From positions 2,010,001 through 2,042,000 of the forward strand of contig NC_006624.1 in NCBI RefSeq assembly GCF_000009965.1: 32,000 nucleotides of DNA, written 5' to 3'. Shown piece after piece: positions 23,827 through 32,000 of this stretch (the stretch's first letter is position 1; each line of letters opens with the position of its first letter). Source of the DNA: Thermococcus kodakarensis KOD1 (lineage in GTDB: Archaea; Methanobacteriota_B; Thermococci; Thermococcales; Thermococcaceae). A model generated the notes under the pieces. It saw only the letters and a list, made by a program, of their open reading frames with translations, was not told where the DNA came from and did not search any database. The translations under genes were made by a program, and so were the position numbers.

Positions 23827-24970
23827 GGCGGTTGGTATAGACTCCGGGACGAAGAGCATGGACATCTTCGGCTTCGACGACGAGACTGGGGAGGTTATAG
23901 TTGACGCATCCGTGGACAGGAACCGCGTTACCGAGAACCCAGGGATAATAATCGAACTTCTCAGGGAGGTTCAGGAGGAGCACGGGAAGATAGACGCCAT
24001 AGTCGGCCCCTGCGGCTATGGAATTCCCTTAAAACCTGCCAGGGAAGCCACCGATGCCGAGATAGCCCTGGCGACTTTCATAACGGAGGCCGATGTGGGG
24101 AGAAGGCTAAAGATAGTTGGCCTAAGGGAACTGATGCTCATGATGCGAGAAGCCGACGATCTCAACATATACTTCACCCCAGGGGTTATACACCTTCCAA
24201 CGGTTCCAGAGTGGAGGAAGGCCAACAGGATAGACCTCGGTACGGCGGACAAGGTGTTCACCGCGGCCCTCTCCATCGTTAGGGAGGCTGAGAGGAAGGG
24301 AGTGCCCTATTCCGAGACCAACCTCATAGCAGTTGAGATAGGCTTTGCCTACACTTCCGCAATGGCAGTTAAGAACGGCCAGATCGTTGATGGAATGGCG
24401 GGCACCGCTGGATTCCCCGGCTACCTTGGGATGGGGTTCATGGACGGCGAGCTGGCCTACGCCCTGGCGAACGCCCTGGAGGACTTCGGGAAGATGGTGC
24501 TCTTCCAGGGTGGGGCGGCCTACGTGGCTGGAATAGACCCCTTCAGCGTTTCTCCAGAAGAGTTCGTTGGGCTGGCAAAGGAAGACGAGGAAGTGAGGAA
24601 AGGCTACGAAGCGATGATAGAGGCCATAGTCAAGGACGTCTTTGCCCTGCTCCCCTCGGTAACGCCCGATTCGATATACCTGAGCGGTCGCTTCTCAAGG
24701 ATCCCGGAGTTCTTCAGGGACGTCAAGGAGGCGCTTGAAAACGCCTTTGAAACCTACGGCTTCTCCGTTGATGTTCTCAAACTCGAGAGCAGGGCAAGGG
24801 CGAAGGAGGCAGCGGAGGGAAGCTCAATAATAGCGAACGGCATTGCAGGCGGAAAATACCGGGAGCTCGTTGAGACACTCAGGCTGGGGGAGAGCTCCGG
24901 TTCGATCTTTGACTGGGTCAAGCTGAAGGAGAGGGAAAAGCTCAGGATATTCGAGAAACTGATAGTTTGA
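23819..24970 (+). CDS. DUF1464-like protein, putative ASKHA (actin/sugar-kinase-like) ATPase fold
   Basis: 383 aa from the ATG at 23819, which overlaps the upstream stop by 8 nt (ATGGTTAA). The N-terminal AVGIDSGTKS resembles the ASKHA phosphate-1 motif, and there are later glycine-rich segments (AVEIGFAYTS, GTAGFPG). The part of the track ORF upstream of 23819 is out-of-frame read-through of the previous gene. Confidence 0.65.
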   Translation: MVKAVGIDSGTKSMDIFGFDDETGEVIVDASVDRNRVTENPGIIIELLREVQEEHGKIDAIVGPCGYGIPLKPAREATDAEIALATFITEADVGRRLKIVGLRELMLMMREADDLNIYFTPGVIHLPTVPEWRKANRIDLGTADKVFTAALSIVREAERKGVPYSETNLIAVEIGFAYTSAMAVKNGQIVDGMAGTAGFPGYLGMGFMDGELAYALANALEDFGKMVLFQGGAAYVAGIDPFSVSPEEFVGLAKEDEEVRKGYEAMIEAIVKDVFALLPSVTPDSIYLSGRFSRIPEFFRDVKEALENAFETYGFSVDVLKLESRARAKEAAEGSSIIANGIAGGKYRELVETLRLGESSGSIFDWVKLKEREKLRIFEKLIV

Positions 24971-25029
24971 CCGAACCTTTTTGAGCTTAGGTTTTTATGT
25001 TTCTTCCCAAACTTTTTCTGGTGGTGGGA

Positions 25030-25614
25030 ATGGAGTTCAACCTCATCATAACCGGTGTCGGCGGCCAGGGCGGTTTGACCCTCTCGAGAATAGTCGGGAA
25101 CGCCGCAATGGTAGAAGGTTACAACGTCAGGATCGGTGAGACCCTTGGGATGAGTCAGCGTTATGGGAGCGTTCTGAGCTACCTCCGCTTCGGTGAGGAA
25201 GTGTATTCCCCTCTCATTGAGGAGGGAGAAGCGGATTTGATGCTGGCCCTCGAGCCTGCCGAGGCTTTAAGGAACGCCCGCTTCCTGAGCAGGAAGAGCC
25301 ACGCGATAATCAACGCCTACCCAATCCACACCGCTACGACCCTCGTCGGAAAGGAGCGCTACCCGGAGCTTAATGAAATAAAGGAGGCAATAGGCCGGAT
25401 CTGTCCGGTGGATATGCTCGATTTCCAGAAAGAGGCCGATAAAATAAACCCTAGAACCCTGGGAGTACTCATGCTCGGGTACGCTTATGGGAAGGGACTG
25501 ATTCCGCTCAGGAAGGAGAGCATCCTTGAGGGCATCAAGCTGACGCTCAGGGAGAAGCTCTGGGAGATGAACTTCAGGGCCTTTGAGAGGGGAGTTGAGC
25601 TGTCGAAAGAATGA
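25030..25614 (+). CDS. Indolepyruvate/2-oxoacid:ferredoxin oxidoreductase beta/gamma-type subunit homologue (IorB-like), stand-alone
   Basis: 194 aa. NLIITGVGGQGGLT...GETLGMSQRYGSV...GEADLMLALEPAEALR closely parallels remembered IorB sequences. No iorA-like (TPP/Fe-S) gene is adjacent. Confidence 0.75.
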   Translation: MEFNLIITGVGGQGGLTLSRIVGNAAMVEGYNVRIGETLGMSQRYGSVLSYLRFGEEVYSPLIEEGEADLMLALEPAEALRNARFLSRKSHAIINAYPIHTATTLVGKERYPELNEIKEAIGRICPVDMLDFQKEADKINPRTLGVLMLGYAYGKGLIPLRKESILEGIKLTLREKLWEMNFRAFERGVELSKE

Positions 25615-25690
25615 ACGTCTCAATGTTCTCCACAACCTTTATATCTTCTCTCTTCTTCTTGTAGTTGCTATATAGATGGGGTGAGTTAAT

Positions 25691-26605
25691 ATGGAGTTCA
25701 GAAAGATTCAGTTTACTGGGAGGAGCTCCTACATAATCTCGCTCCCAAAAAAATGGGTCAAGATGAACAACCTCAAGCAGGGTGATGCCGTTCCCCTCGT
25801 TGTGAACCCCGATGGCAGCATAACGATATTCCCGAAGGAGGTCAAAGAAGTTAGCGAAAAGAAAATTTTGACAATTTCAAAGAAATACTCGCCTGACATG
25901 GCAATAAGGCTCGTCATCTCTGCTTATATCCAGGGCTACGACGTTCTTGAGATAAACCTCACGGAGGAGATGCCCATATACAAGGTTAAGCTGAGGAAAA
26001 CTCTTCAGAGCCTCCCTGGAGTTGAGATAATCCTGGACGAGCCGACCAGGATAGTCGCCAAGAGCCTTCTCGATGAGGATGAGGTGAACCTGGCGGAGCT
26101 CCTGAACAGGATACGCTCCCTAATACTCTCAATGCTCGGTGACATCGAGCTCCTGATACAGTCCCCTGGAAACGAGGAGATCCTGAGGGATATTAACGAC
26201 CTTGAAAGCGAGCTTGACAGGTTCTACTTCCTGATAATCCGGACCGTCAGCAGGCTCCTGACAAAACGCGGCATCACGGAGGAGAGCGGCATAATAAGGA
26301 GAACCTTTGACCTAATCGGCATACTCTTCATAGTGCGCAACATCGAGAGGATTGGGGACCACCTCATAAGAATCGCGGAGAATCCCGACAGAATAAACGT
26401 TCCCTATCTCAAGGAGAAGTTCAGCCAGATGCTTGACCAGATTGAGGAACGTGACCTTATGAAGGTGGACAAGCTCATGCTGGAGCTTAAGGAGGAGATA
26501 AAGTCCATAGACTACCACAGGTCAATAGCTATGGAGAGCTACCGCAGAATCCTCGAGTACCTTGAGAACATCGGCGAGACCATAATAAACATGGCCTTGA
26601 GTTAG
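25691..26605 (+). CDS. PhoU-family regulator with N-terminal AbrB/SpoVT DNA-binding domain
   Basis: The N-terminal SYIISLPKKWVKMNNLKQGDAV is an AbrB-type swapped hairpin. C-terminal PhoU-like helical repeats include IERIGDHLIRIAE. TATA-like CTTTATATC lies at about 25637 and the RBS is GGGGTGAG. Confidence 0.8.
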   Translation: MEFRKIQFTGRSSYIISLPKKWVKMNNLKQGDAVPLVVNPDGSITIFPKEVKEVSEKKILTISKKYSPDMAIRLVISAYIQGYDVLEINLTEEMPIYKVKLRKTLQSLPGVEIILDEPTRIVAKSLLDEDEVNLAELLNRIRSLILSMLGDIELLIQSPGNEEILRDINDLESELDRFYFLIIRTVSRLLTKRGITEESGIIRRTFDLIGILFIVRNIERIGDHLIRIAENPDRINVPYLKEKFSQMLDQIEERDLMKVDKLMLELKEEIKSIDYHRSIAMESYRRILEYLENIGETIINMALS

Positions 26606-26659
26606 CTTCGTTTCCATAATTCTTTTAACCTTTCGAGGAAACTCTTCTCGGTGATTCTC

Positions 26660-27580
26660 ATGGCCGCTATCATAGTCCACGGTGGGGCTGGAACAATAAG
26701 GAAAGAGGAGAGAATACCCAAGGTCATTGAGGGTGTTAGGGAGGCTGTTCTCGCCGGCTGGAGAGAGCTGAAGAGGGGTTCCGCGCTGGATGCAGTTGAG
26801 GAGGCAGTTAAAGCCCTCGAGGACAACCCTATTTTTAATGCAGGAACTGGAAGCGTTCTTACCCTTGATGGGAAGGTCGAGATGGACGCCGCTATAATGC
26901 GCGGTAAAACGCTCGACGCTGGCGCCGTTGCTGGAATCTGGGGCGTCAAGAACCCGATAAGCGTTGCCAGAAAGGTCATGGAGAAAACCGACCACGTTCT
27001 CCTGATAGGTGAGGGAGCTGTAAAGTTCGCCAGACTGCTCGGCTTCGAGGAGTACGACCCGATAACGGAGGAGAGGCTCAAGCAGTGGGAGGAGCTCAGA
27101 AAGAAGCTCATAGAGAAGGGCGAAACAAAGCACTGGAAGAAGCTCAACGAGCTGATCAAGGAGTATCCAGAAGTCCTGAGGAGCACTGTTGGCGCTGTGG
27201 CCTTCGACGGTGAGGAAGTTGTTGCAGGAACTTCCACTGGTGGGGTTTTCCTCAAGATGTTCGGCCGCGTTGGAGACACTCCAATAATCGGCGGCGGAAC
27301 TTACGCGAACGAAGTTGCGGGAGCTTCCTGTACCGGCCTCGGCGAGGTCGCGATAAAGCTCGCACTGGCAAAGAGTGCTGCCGACTTCGTCAGGCTTGGC
27401 ATGGACGCTCAGACGGCAAGCGAAGCCGCTATAAGCCTCGCCACGAAGTACTTCGGCCCAGATACGATGGGCATTATCATGGTCGATGCAAAGGGCAACG
27501 TCGGCTTCGCCAAGAACACCAAGCACATGAGCTACGCCTTCATGAAGGACGGAATGGACGAGCCGGAGGCTGGTGTTTAG
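26660..27580 (+). CDS. Plant-type L-asparaginase / isoaspartyl peptidase (Ntn hydrolase)
   Basis: IIVHGGAGT at the N-terminus. The autoprocessing/nucleophile site is TVGAVAFD, followed by GTSTGG. Start is the ATG at 26660 or the GTG at 26651. Confidence 0.9.
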   Translation: MAAIIVHGGAGTIRKEERIPKVIEGVREAVLAGWRELKRGSALDAVEEAVKALEDNPIFNAGTGSVLTLDGKVEMDAAIMRGKTLDAGAVAGIWGVKNPISVARKVMEKTDHVLLIGEGAVKFARLLGFEEYDPITEERLKQWEELRKKLIEKGETKHWKKLNELIKEYPEVLRSTVGAVAFDGEEVVAGTSTGGVFLKMFGRVGDTPIIGGGTYANEVAGASCTGLGEVAIKLALAKSAADFVRLGMDAQTASEAAISLATKYFGPDTMGIIMVDAKGNVGFAKNTKHMSYAFMKDGMDEPEAGV

Positions 27581-28755
27581 TGGAAAAAACGCTCAGAAAC
27601 ATCTGGCTCCTCAACCTCTCGACGTTTTTCTTCTTCCTCGGCATCAGCTTAACCAACCCCATAGTTTCCCCCTTTGCGATAACGCTCGGGGCAAGCCCTT
27701 TTCTTGTTGGTTTGGTGGCTGGTGTTACATCCTTTGTTTCCCTCGTTTCAAAGCCAGTTGGCGGTCTCATCGGGGATAGAGGCTACCGCCTTGAGATGAT
27801 GATAGCCGGAAACGTGCTCTCTCTCATAAGTGGCCTTCTCTACGTCGTTTCCGCCTACACATCCAACATTGTACTTTTCGCGTTTTCAAGGGCACTCCAC
27901 GGCTTTTCAATGGGGATATTCTTCCCCTCAAGCCTCTCCACAGCCGTTGATCTGGCACCGCCCGGCAGGGTGGGTGAGACCCTCGGATGGCGTGGCATGA
28001 TGTTCTCGCTCGGCAACATAATCGGGCCAGCCCTGGGAGGCTATCTGTCCGACTACCTCGGCTTCGCCGGAGCTTTTTCCTTCGTGTCGCTCTTCTCTCT
28101 CCTCGGCGCGGGCTTTGTGATACCCGTGTGGAAAGAGGTCGGGAGAATAACCGGCGACGAAGAATCCTCCGGAGGGAGCGTCAGCTATCGGGCACTTCTT
28201 AAAGTCTCGTTCGTTTTCACTTCACTGGCACTCCTCTTTTTCTCTGCCTCTTATTCGGGTATAACGACCTACCTTCCGGCTTTCTACAAATACCTCGGCT
28301 TCCCGCAGAGGACTTTCGGCCTCTACATGATGGTGGTTGGTGCGTCGAGCTTCGCAACCAGATTAGTTGGGGGTAAGACTGCAGACAGGATTGGCCCGGT
28401 TCCCGTTTCCTTTGGTGGCATCCTGGTCGTCATAACTGGATACGTCTTCCTCAACTACAGAATTCTTCCGCCAGAGTCCTACATAAGTGCCGTTCTCATC
28501 GGTGCGGGCTTTGGTCTTTCAGTCCCCGCGATGCAGATGATGGCCCTCGCTCCCCTTCCCGGAAAAATCCGCGCAATGGGCTCGAGCATATACACGATGT
28601 TCTTTGATCTTGGTACACTGGGTGGTCAGGTCGCCCTAGGCTACGTTGCGGACCTTAGAGGATACGAGGCTGTTTTCCCGCTGCTCCCCTTCATCGCAGG
28701 AGTGGCACTTATAAGCATCCTGATCACGAAGGTTAAGGGTGAAGGGAATGCCTGA
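27580..28755 (+). CDS. MFS transporter
   Basis: 391 aa with about 12 hydrophobic helices and a GGLIGDRGYR loop resembling MFS motif A. The GTG start shares 1 nt with the asparaginase stop (TAGTG). Confidence 0.8.
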   Translation: MEKTLRNIWLLNLSTFFFFLGISLTNPIVSPFAITLGASPFLVGLVAGVTSFVSLVSKPVGGLIGDRGYRLEMMIAGNVLSLISGLLYVVSAYTSNIVLFAFSRALHGFSMGIFFPSSLSTAVDLAPPGRVGETLGWRGMMFSLGNIIGPALGGYLSDYLGFAGAFSFVSLFSLLGAGFVIPVWKEVGRITGDEESSGGSVSYRALLKVSFVFTSLALLFFSASYSGITTYLPAFYKYLGFPQRTFGLYMMVVGASSFATRLVGGKTADRIGPVPVSFGGILVVITGYVFLNYRILPPESYISAVLIGAGFGLSVPAMQMMALAPLPGKIRAMGSSIYTMFFDLGTLGGQVALGYVADLRGYEAVFPLLPFIAGVALISILITKVKGEGNA

Positions 28756-29686
28756 AATGGTAAGGGTCTCCTATGGAACTGCAATAGCGATGGGCCTAAT
28801 CAGGGCGAAGCTGTTGGCGAGGCCAACTACCGCTTATCTCATGACCTATTGGCCAGGAAGGTGCTCCAACGACTGTGCTTTCTGCGCTCAGGCCCGCTCA
28901 AGCAGGGCAGACCTTGAGAAGCTGTCGAGGGTTGTGTGGCCTTCTTTCATGCTGGAGGATGTACTCGAAGGTTTGAAGAAGGGAAACTTTGCAAGAATCT
29001 GCCTCCAGACCATTGATTATCCGGGAATGGTTGAGGACGTTTTTGACCTCCTTGAAGCCTTCTCCGACCTTAATCTTCCGATTTCAGTCTCGATAACCCC
29101 TGTTGATTCGGAGACCCTTGAACGCTTCAAGGAGCGCGGCGTGGACTACATAGGTGTCGGCCTCGATGTTGCCAGCGAGAGGCTCTTTAGGGAGATAAAG
29201 CCAGACCTGTCATGGGAAGAAGTGTGGGACTTTGCGGGCAGAGTGATTGATGTTTTTGGCCGTGGAAAGGCCCTACTTCATGTTATAGTTGGCCTTGGAG
29301 AGACTGACGGGGAGCTTGTGAATACCTTCATACGCGCGAGGGAAATCGGCGCTGATGTTTCCATATTTGCCTTCACGCCTATAAAGGGAACCCGCCTTGA
29401 AAATAGGGAACCGCCGAGCCTCGAACATTACCGAAAAATCCAGCTCGCTAAATACCTCGTGAGCATCGGGAAGGAAGATGCCATAGTCTTCGATGGGGAC
29501 TCCATCAAGGGCTTTGCACTCTCCAAGGACGAAGTTGCAAAGATTCCCACGACGGTTTTCATGACCCACGGCTGTCCGGGCTGCAACCGGCCTTACTACA
29601 ACGAGAGACCTGGAAAGGAACCCTACAACTACCCGTTAGCACCAAAAAGGGAAGATTTTGAGAGAACATTGAGGCTCATCCTTTGA
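28748..29686 (+). CDS. Radical SAM protein, biotin/lipoyl-synthase-related (possible LipS-type lipoyl synthase component)
   Basis: CxxxCxxC motif CSNDCAFC and a C-terminal CPGC pair. The ATG at 28748 overlaps the MFS stop by 8 nt. The LipS link is only a recollection of the T. kodakarensis neighbourhood and needs checking. Confidence 0.85.
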   Translation: MPEMVRVSYGTAIAMGLIRAKLLARPTTAYLMTYWPGRCSNDCAFCAQARSSRADLEKLSRVVWPSFMLEDVLEGLKKGNFARICLQTIDYPGMVEDVFDLLEAFSDLNLPISVSITPVDSETLERFKERGVDYIGVGLDVASERLFREIKPDLSWEEVWDFAGRVIDVFGRGKALLHVIVGLGETDGELVNTFIRAREIGADVSIFAFTPIKGTRLENREPPSLEHYRKIQLAKYLVSIGKEDAIVFDGDSIKGFALSKDEVAKIPTTVFMTHGCPGCNRPYYNERPGKEPYNYPLAPKREDFERTLRLIL

Positions 29687-30224
29687 GTGCTTCCAGCGCT
29701 TCGTTCATCTCCTTGACCGGGAACTCCACGCTGACTTCTTCCCCTTTTGCCGCTTTTATTAGGGCTTCGAGGAACTTGCTGAGGAGTTTGTCCTCTTTGA
29801 GGAGAACTCTGAGTGAATCCATGTTCTCCGTGAGCTCCAGTTCTTTTCCGGCATCTCTGATTATCGTTAGTATGTCCCCGAGCCTCTTGAAGCCGAGGCG
29901 GAAGAGATCGTCGTTCGGCGCGTTGTAAATAGCTCTAAGCGCGCACTTGACCGCTCCCCTGTAGTTGTCTTCCTGAAGGAAGATATCAGCGAGGCGGAAG
30001 CAGGCCTCGAAGTACAGCTCGGGCTCTTCCTCCATGCTCTCGTGAAGGATCTCATCGAGCTTTTTCTTGGCAGTTTCGAGGTCTTTTTGGTTTTCGGCCT
30101 CTATGGCCTCCCTGAAGAGCCTTGCTATCCTCTCCTTCCTGTTGAGGGGCTCGTACTTAATTACCACCTTCCTCACCCCTGCTCTCCTTCCAGGCTGATT
30201 CAAACTCGGGCCAGACCTTTTCAA
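29676..30224 (-). CDS. Hypothetical helical protein (about 160-182 aa)
   Basis: All-alpha, charged and TPR-like in appearance (YFEACFRLADIFLQEDNYRGAVKCALRAIY). The start is uncertain: ATG at 30224 overlaps rio2 by 68 nt, and GTGs at 30176 and 30167 are alternatives. Confidence 0.55.
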   Translation of the reverse strand: MKRSGPSLNQPGRRAGVRKVVIKYEPLNRKERIARLFREAIEAENQKDLETAKKKLDEILHESMEEEPELYFEACFRLADIFLQEDNYRGAVKCALRAIYNAPNDDLFRLGFKRLGDILTIIRDAGKELELTENMDSLRVLLKEDKLLSKFLEALIKAAKGEEVSVEFPVKEMNEALEALKG

Positions 30225-31092
30225 ACTCCTTTTTTACTCCCCACCTTCTCCTGAAGGCGTTCAAAAGGACGGTTATGTCCCTCTTAAGCAGTTCGTAGCT
30301 CTCCGGATGGGCCGTGCTGATGTACTGTGCCCAGTCTATTATCAGGATGTCTCCATCTTTAGTCAGGACTATGTTGAACTCGCTCATGTCCGAGTGAACT
30401 ATACCAAACCTAACGATCTTGAGGTACTCCTCAAGAACCCTATCGAGTATCCTCTCTGCTTCCTCTCTGGTTAAATCAGTGTCCCTGAGTTCGGCCAGCT
30501 CGGTTCCCTCCACAAACTCCATTACGACTACGTGCCTGTTCCAGGCTACCGGCCGCGGAACCCTCGCTATCGGGCTGAGCAGGACGAGGGCCTCGTGCTC
30601 CTTCTTGGCTATCAGCCTTGAAACGTAGAGCCAGCTGGTGTGGTGCTTGTCCTGGAAGACGTGGCCGTGGTAGCCGGCCCTTCTGGAAGCTGTCCTCCCT
30701 CCTATCCTGTTGAACTTTACCGCGACCTTCTCCCCAGAAGGAGTTATGCCTACGTAAACATCAGCGTCCTTCCCAACACCTATCTGCGTCGTGCTTATGG
30801 CCTCTATTACTCCCTTTTTGGCGAGCGCCCTGATTGCCAGCGCGTCGTAGCCGTGTATCGTGAGCTGGTAGCCTATGTAGCCGATGTCGCTCCTCCTGAC
30901 GACTAGTCCCCAGTCGTCGAGCTTTCCAAGGCGGAAGGATGCAGTCTCAACGTCCACCCTGGCAAAGCGGGCTATGTCCTCTAAGGGAACCCACCTGTGG
31001 TGGCGCATGTTGAGCTCTACTCCCCTAAGTATCCTGAAGTCCAGGTCCCTGAGTGATGGGTAAGCCTCGAGTGCGAGCAGTTTGCTGACCAT
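30157..31092 (-). CDS. rio2: RIO-type serine/threonine protein kinase Rio2 (N-terminal winged helix + RIO kinase domain)
   Basis: 311 aa. The N-terminal wHTH is ILRGVELNMRHHRWVPLEDIA. ATP-binding Lys context VAVKFNRIG, catalytic VHSDMSEFNIV and metal-binding IIDWAQ are present. Confidence 0.9.
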   Translation of the reverse strand: MVSKLLALEAYPSLRDLDFRILRGVELNMRHHRWVPLEDIARFARVDVETASFRLGKLDDWGLVVRRSDIGYIGYQLTIHGYDALAIRALAKKGVIEAISTTQIGVGKDADVYVGITPSGEKVAVKFNRIGGRTASRRAGYHGHVFQDKHHTSWLYVSRLIAKKEHEALVLLSPIARVPRPVAWNRHVVVMEFVEGTELAELRDTDLTREEAERILDRVLEEYLKIVRFGIVHSDMSEFNIVLTKDGDILIIDWAQYISTAHPESYELLKRDITVLLNAFRRRWGVKKEFEKVWPEFESAWKESRGEEGGN

Positions 31093-31181
31093 GTTCTCTC
31101 CCGTAACTGGTTGCCCGCGCCTTTTATAAACTTACTTTGCTATCCAACAAACTTTTAAGCGTTTCATCTTCTCTCGAACCT

Positions 31182-32000
31182 ATGCGGAAGAGACTCCTGT
31201 TGCTGCTCTCCCTCGGCTGGATATTCAACTACGCCCACAGGATGGCGATACCACCCCTTATCCCCATAATCAAGTCGGAACTGGGCGTAACCAACGCCGA
31301 GGCAGGTCTGCTGATGACTGCGTTGCTACTCCCCTATGCACTCGTCCAGGTACCCGCGGGCTATCTTGGAGACAGGCTCGGGAGAAAGCGTCTTTTGGTG
31401 GTGAGCATCGTTGGATACTCCCTCTCTTCTGCGCTCATAGTTTTCGCGCGCCAGTACTGGGAGCTTCTGGCGGTTAGGGCTCTCTATGGGATTTTCTCTG
31501 GCCTGTACTATGCTCCAGCGACGGCTCTCATAAGCGAGGTCTATCGGGAGAGAAAGGGCTCCGCTATGGGGATCTTCATGGTCGGGCCGCCAGTAGGGAG
31601 TGGAATTGCTCCTCTGATAGTCGTACCCATAGCGCTCTCCCTCCAGTGGAGGTACGCCTTTGCTGTGCTCTCTTCCATGAGCCTTCTTGTTGGAGTCGCC
31701 CTTGCCCTCGCCGTCAAGGGGGAAGTCTCGAAGCCTTTTAGGGCCTCACTCTCGATTCCGATGAACGTTCTCCCCTTGAGCGCTGCGAATTTCCTTGCGC
31801 TCGCCGCATTCTTCGGCCTTCTAACGTTTCTGGTGTCATTCCTGGTGCACTCAGGAGTCTCCCTCGGGATTGCCTCGGGTCTTTTCTCTCTGCTTTCGGT
31901 TGTGGGTGTAGCAGGATCTTTCCTCGGTGGCTTGGTCTATGATAGAACGGGAAGGAGAAGCGTCTCGCTGATACTCGTGCTCAACGCACTGCTAACGTTC
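31182..32000 (+). CDS. MFS transporter (partial, runs off the window end)
   Basis: The frame is open from the ATG at 31182 to 32000 (273 codons) and is not in the supplied track. MFS motif A is GYLGDRLGRKR, followed by successive hydrophobic helices. Confidence 0.8.
   Translation, partial: MRKRLLLLLSLGWIFNYAHRMAIPPLIPIIKSELGVTNAEAGLLMTALLLPYALVQVPAGYLGDRLGRKRLLVVSIVGYSLSSALIVFARQYWELLAVRALYGIFSGLYYAPATALISEVYRERKGSAMGIFMVGPPVGSGIAPLIVVPIALSLQWRYAFAVLSSMSLLVGVALALAVKGEVSKPFRASLSIPMNVLPLSAANFLALAAFFGLLTFLVSFLVHSGVSLGIASGLFSLLSVVGVAGSFLGGLVYDRTGRRSVSLILVLNALLTF

Overview
This window is a chromosomal segment from a hyperthermophilic euryarchaeon of the order Thermococcales. The call rests on the 16S/23S rRNA sequence, AGG/ATA/AAG/GAG-rich codon usage, and GGAGGTG-type ribosome-binding sites complementary to the 16S 3' end (CACCTCCT). 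The region is very gene-dense, with about 37 protein genes on both strands, many with overlapping stops or starts. Most are housekeeping genes: Trm5a, MoaA, RNase FAU-1, RadB, PRPP synthetase, class I LysRS, Rio2 kinase and a plant-type asparaginase. There is one 16S-tRNA-Ala(UGC)-23S rRNA operon (about 12.5-17.7 kb) with long processing stems and no linked 5S. I saw no CRISPR array, IS element, integrase, provirus or large repeat. Accessory-looking material is limited to two loci: a convergent pair of uncharacterised P-loop ATPase/nuclease-like genes at the left end (62-2932), and a VapBC toxin-antitoxin pair beside an orphan remnant of about 55 codons from a large restriction-modification-type enzyme (8159-9015). 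Four loci are the best candidates for undescribed biology. (i) The ATPase pair with its small intervening ORF. (ii) A translationally coupled cluster of an RFAP-synthase-like gene, a DUF1464/ASKHA-like gene and an orphan IorB-like gene (22870-25614). (iii) A coiled-coil plus winged-helix gene overlapping the start of RNase FAU-1. (iv) A start/stop-overlapping asparaginase-MFS-radical SAM operon. None can be shown to be a novel system from sequence alone. All family names come from motif and sequence recognition by eye, without database searches. Several starts were moved from the ORF track to ATG/GTG codons that have a plausible RBS.
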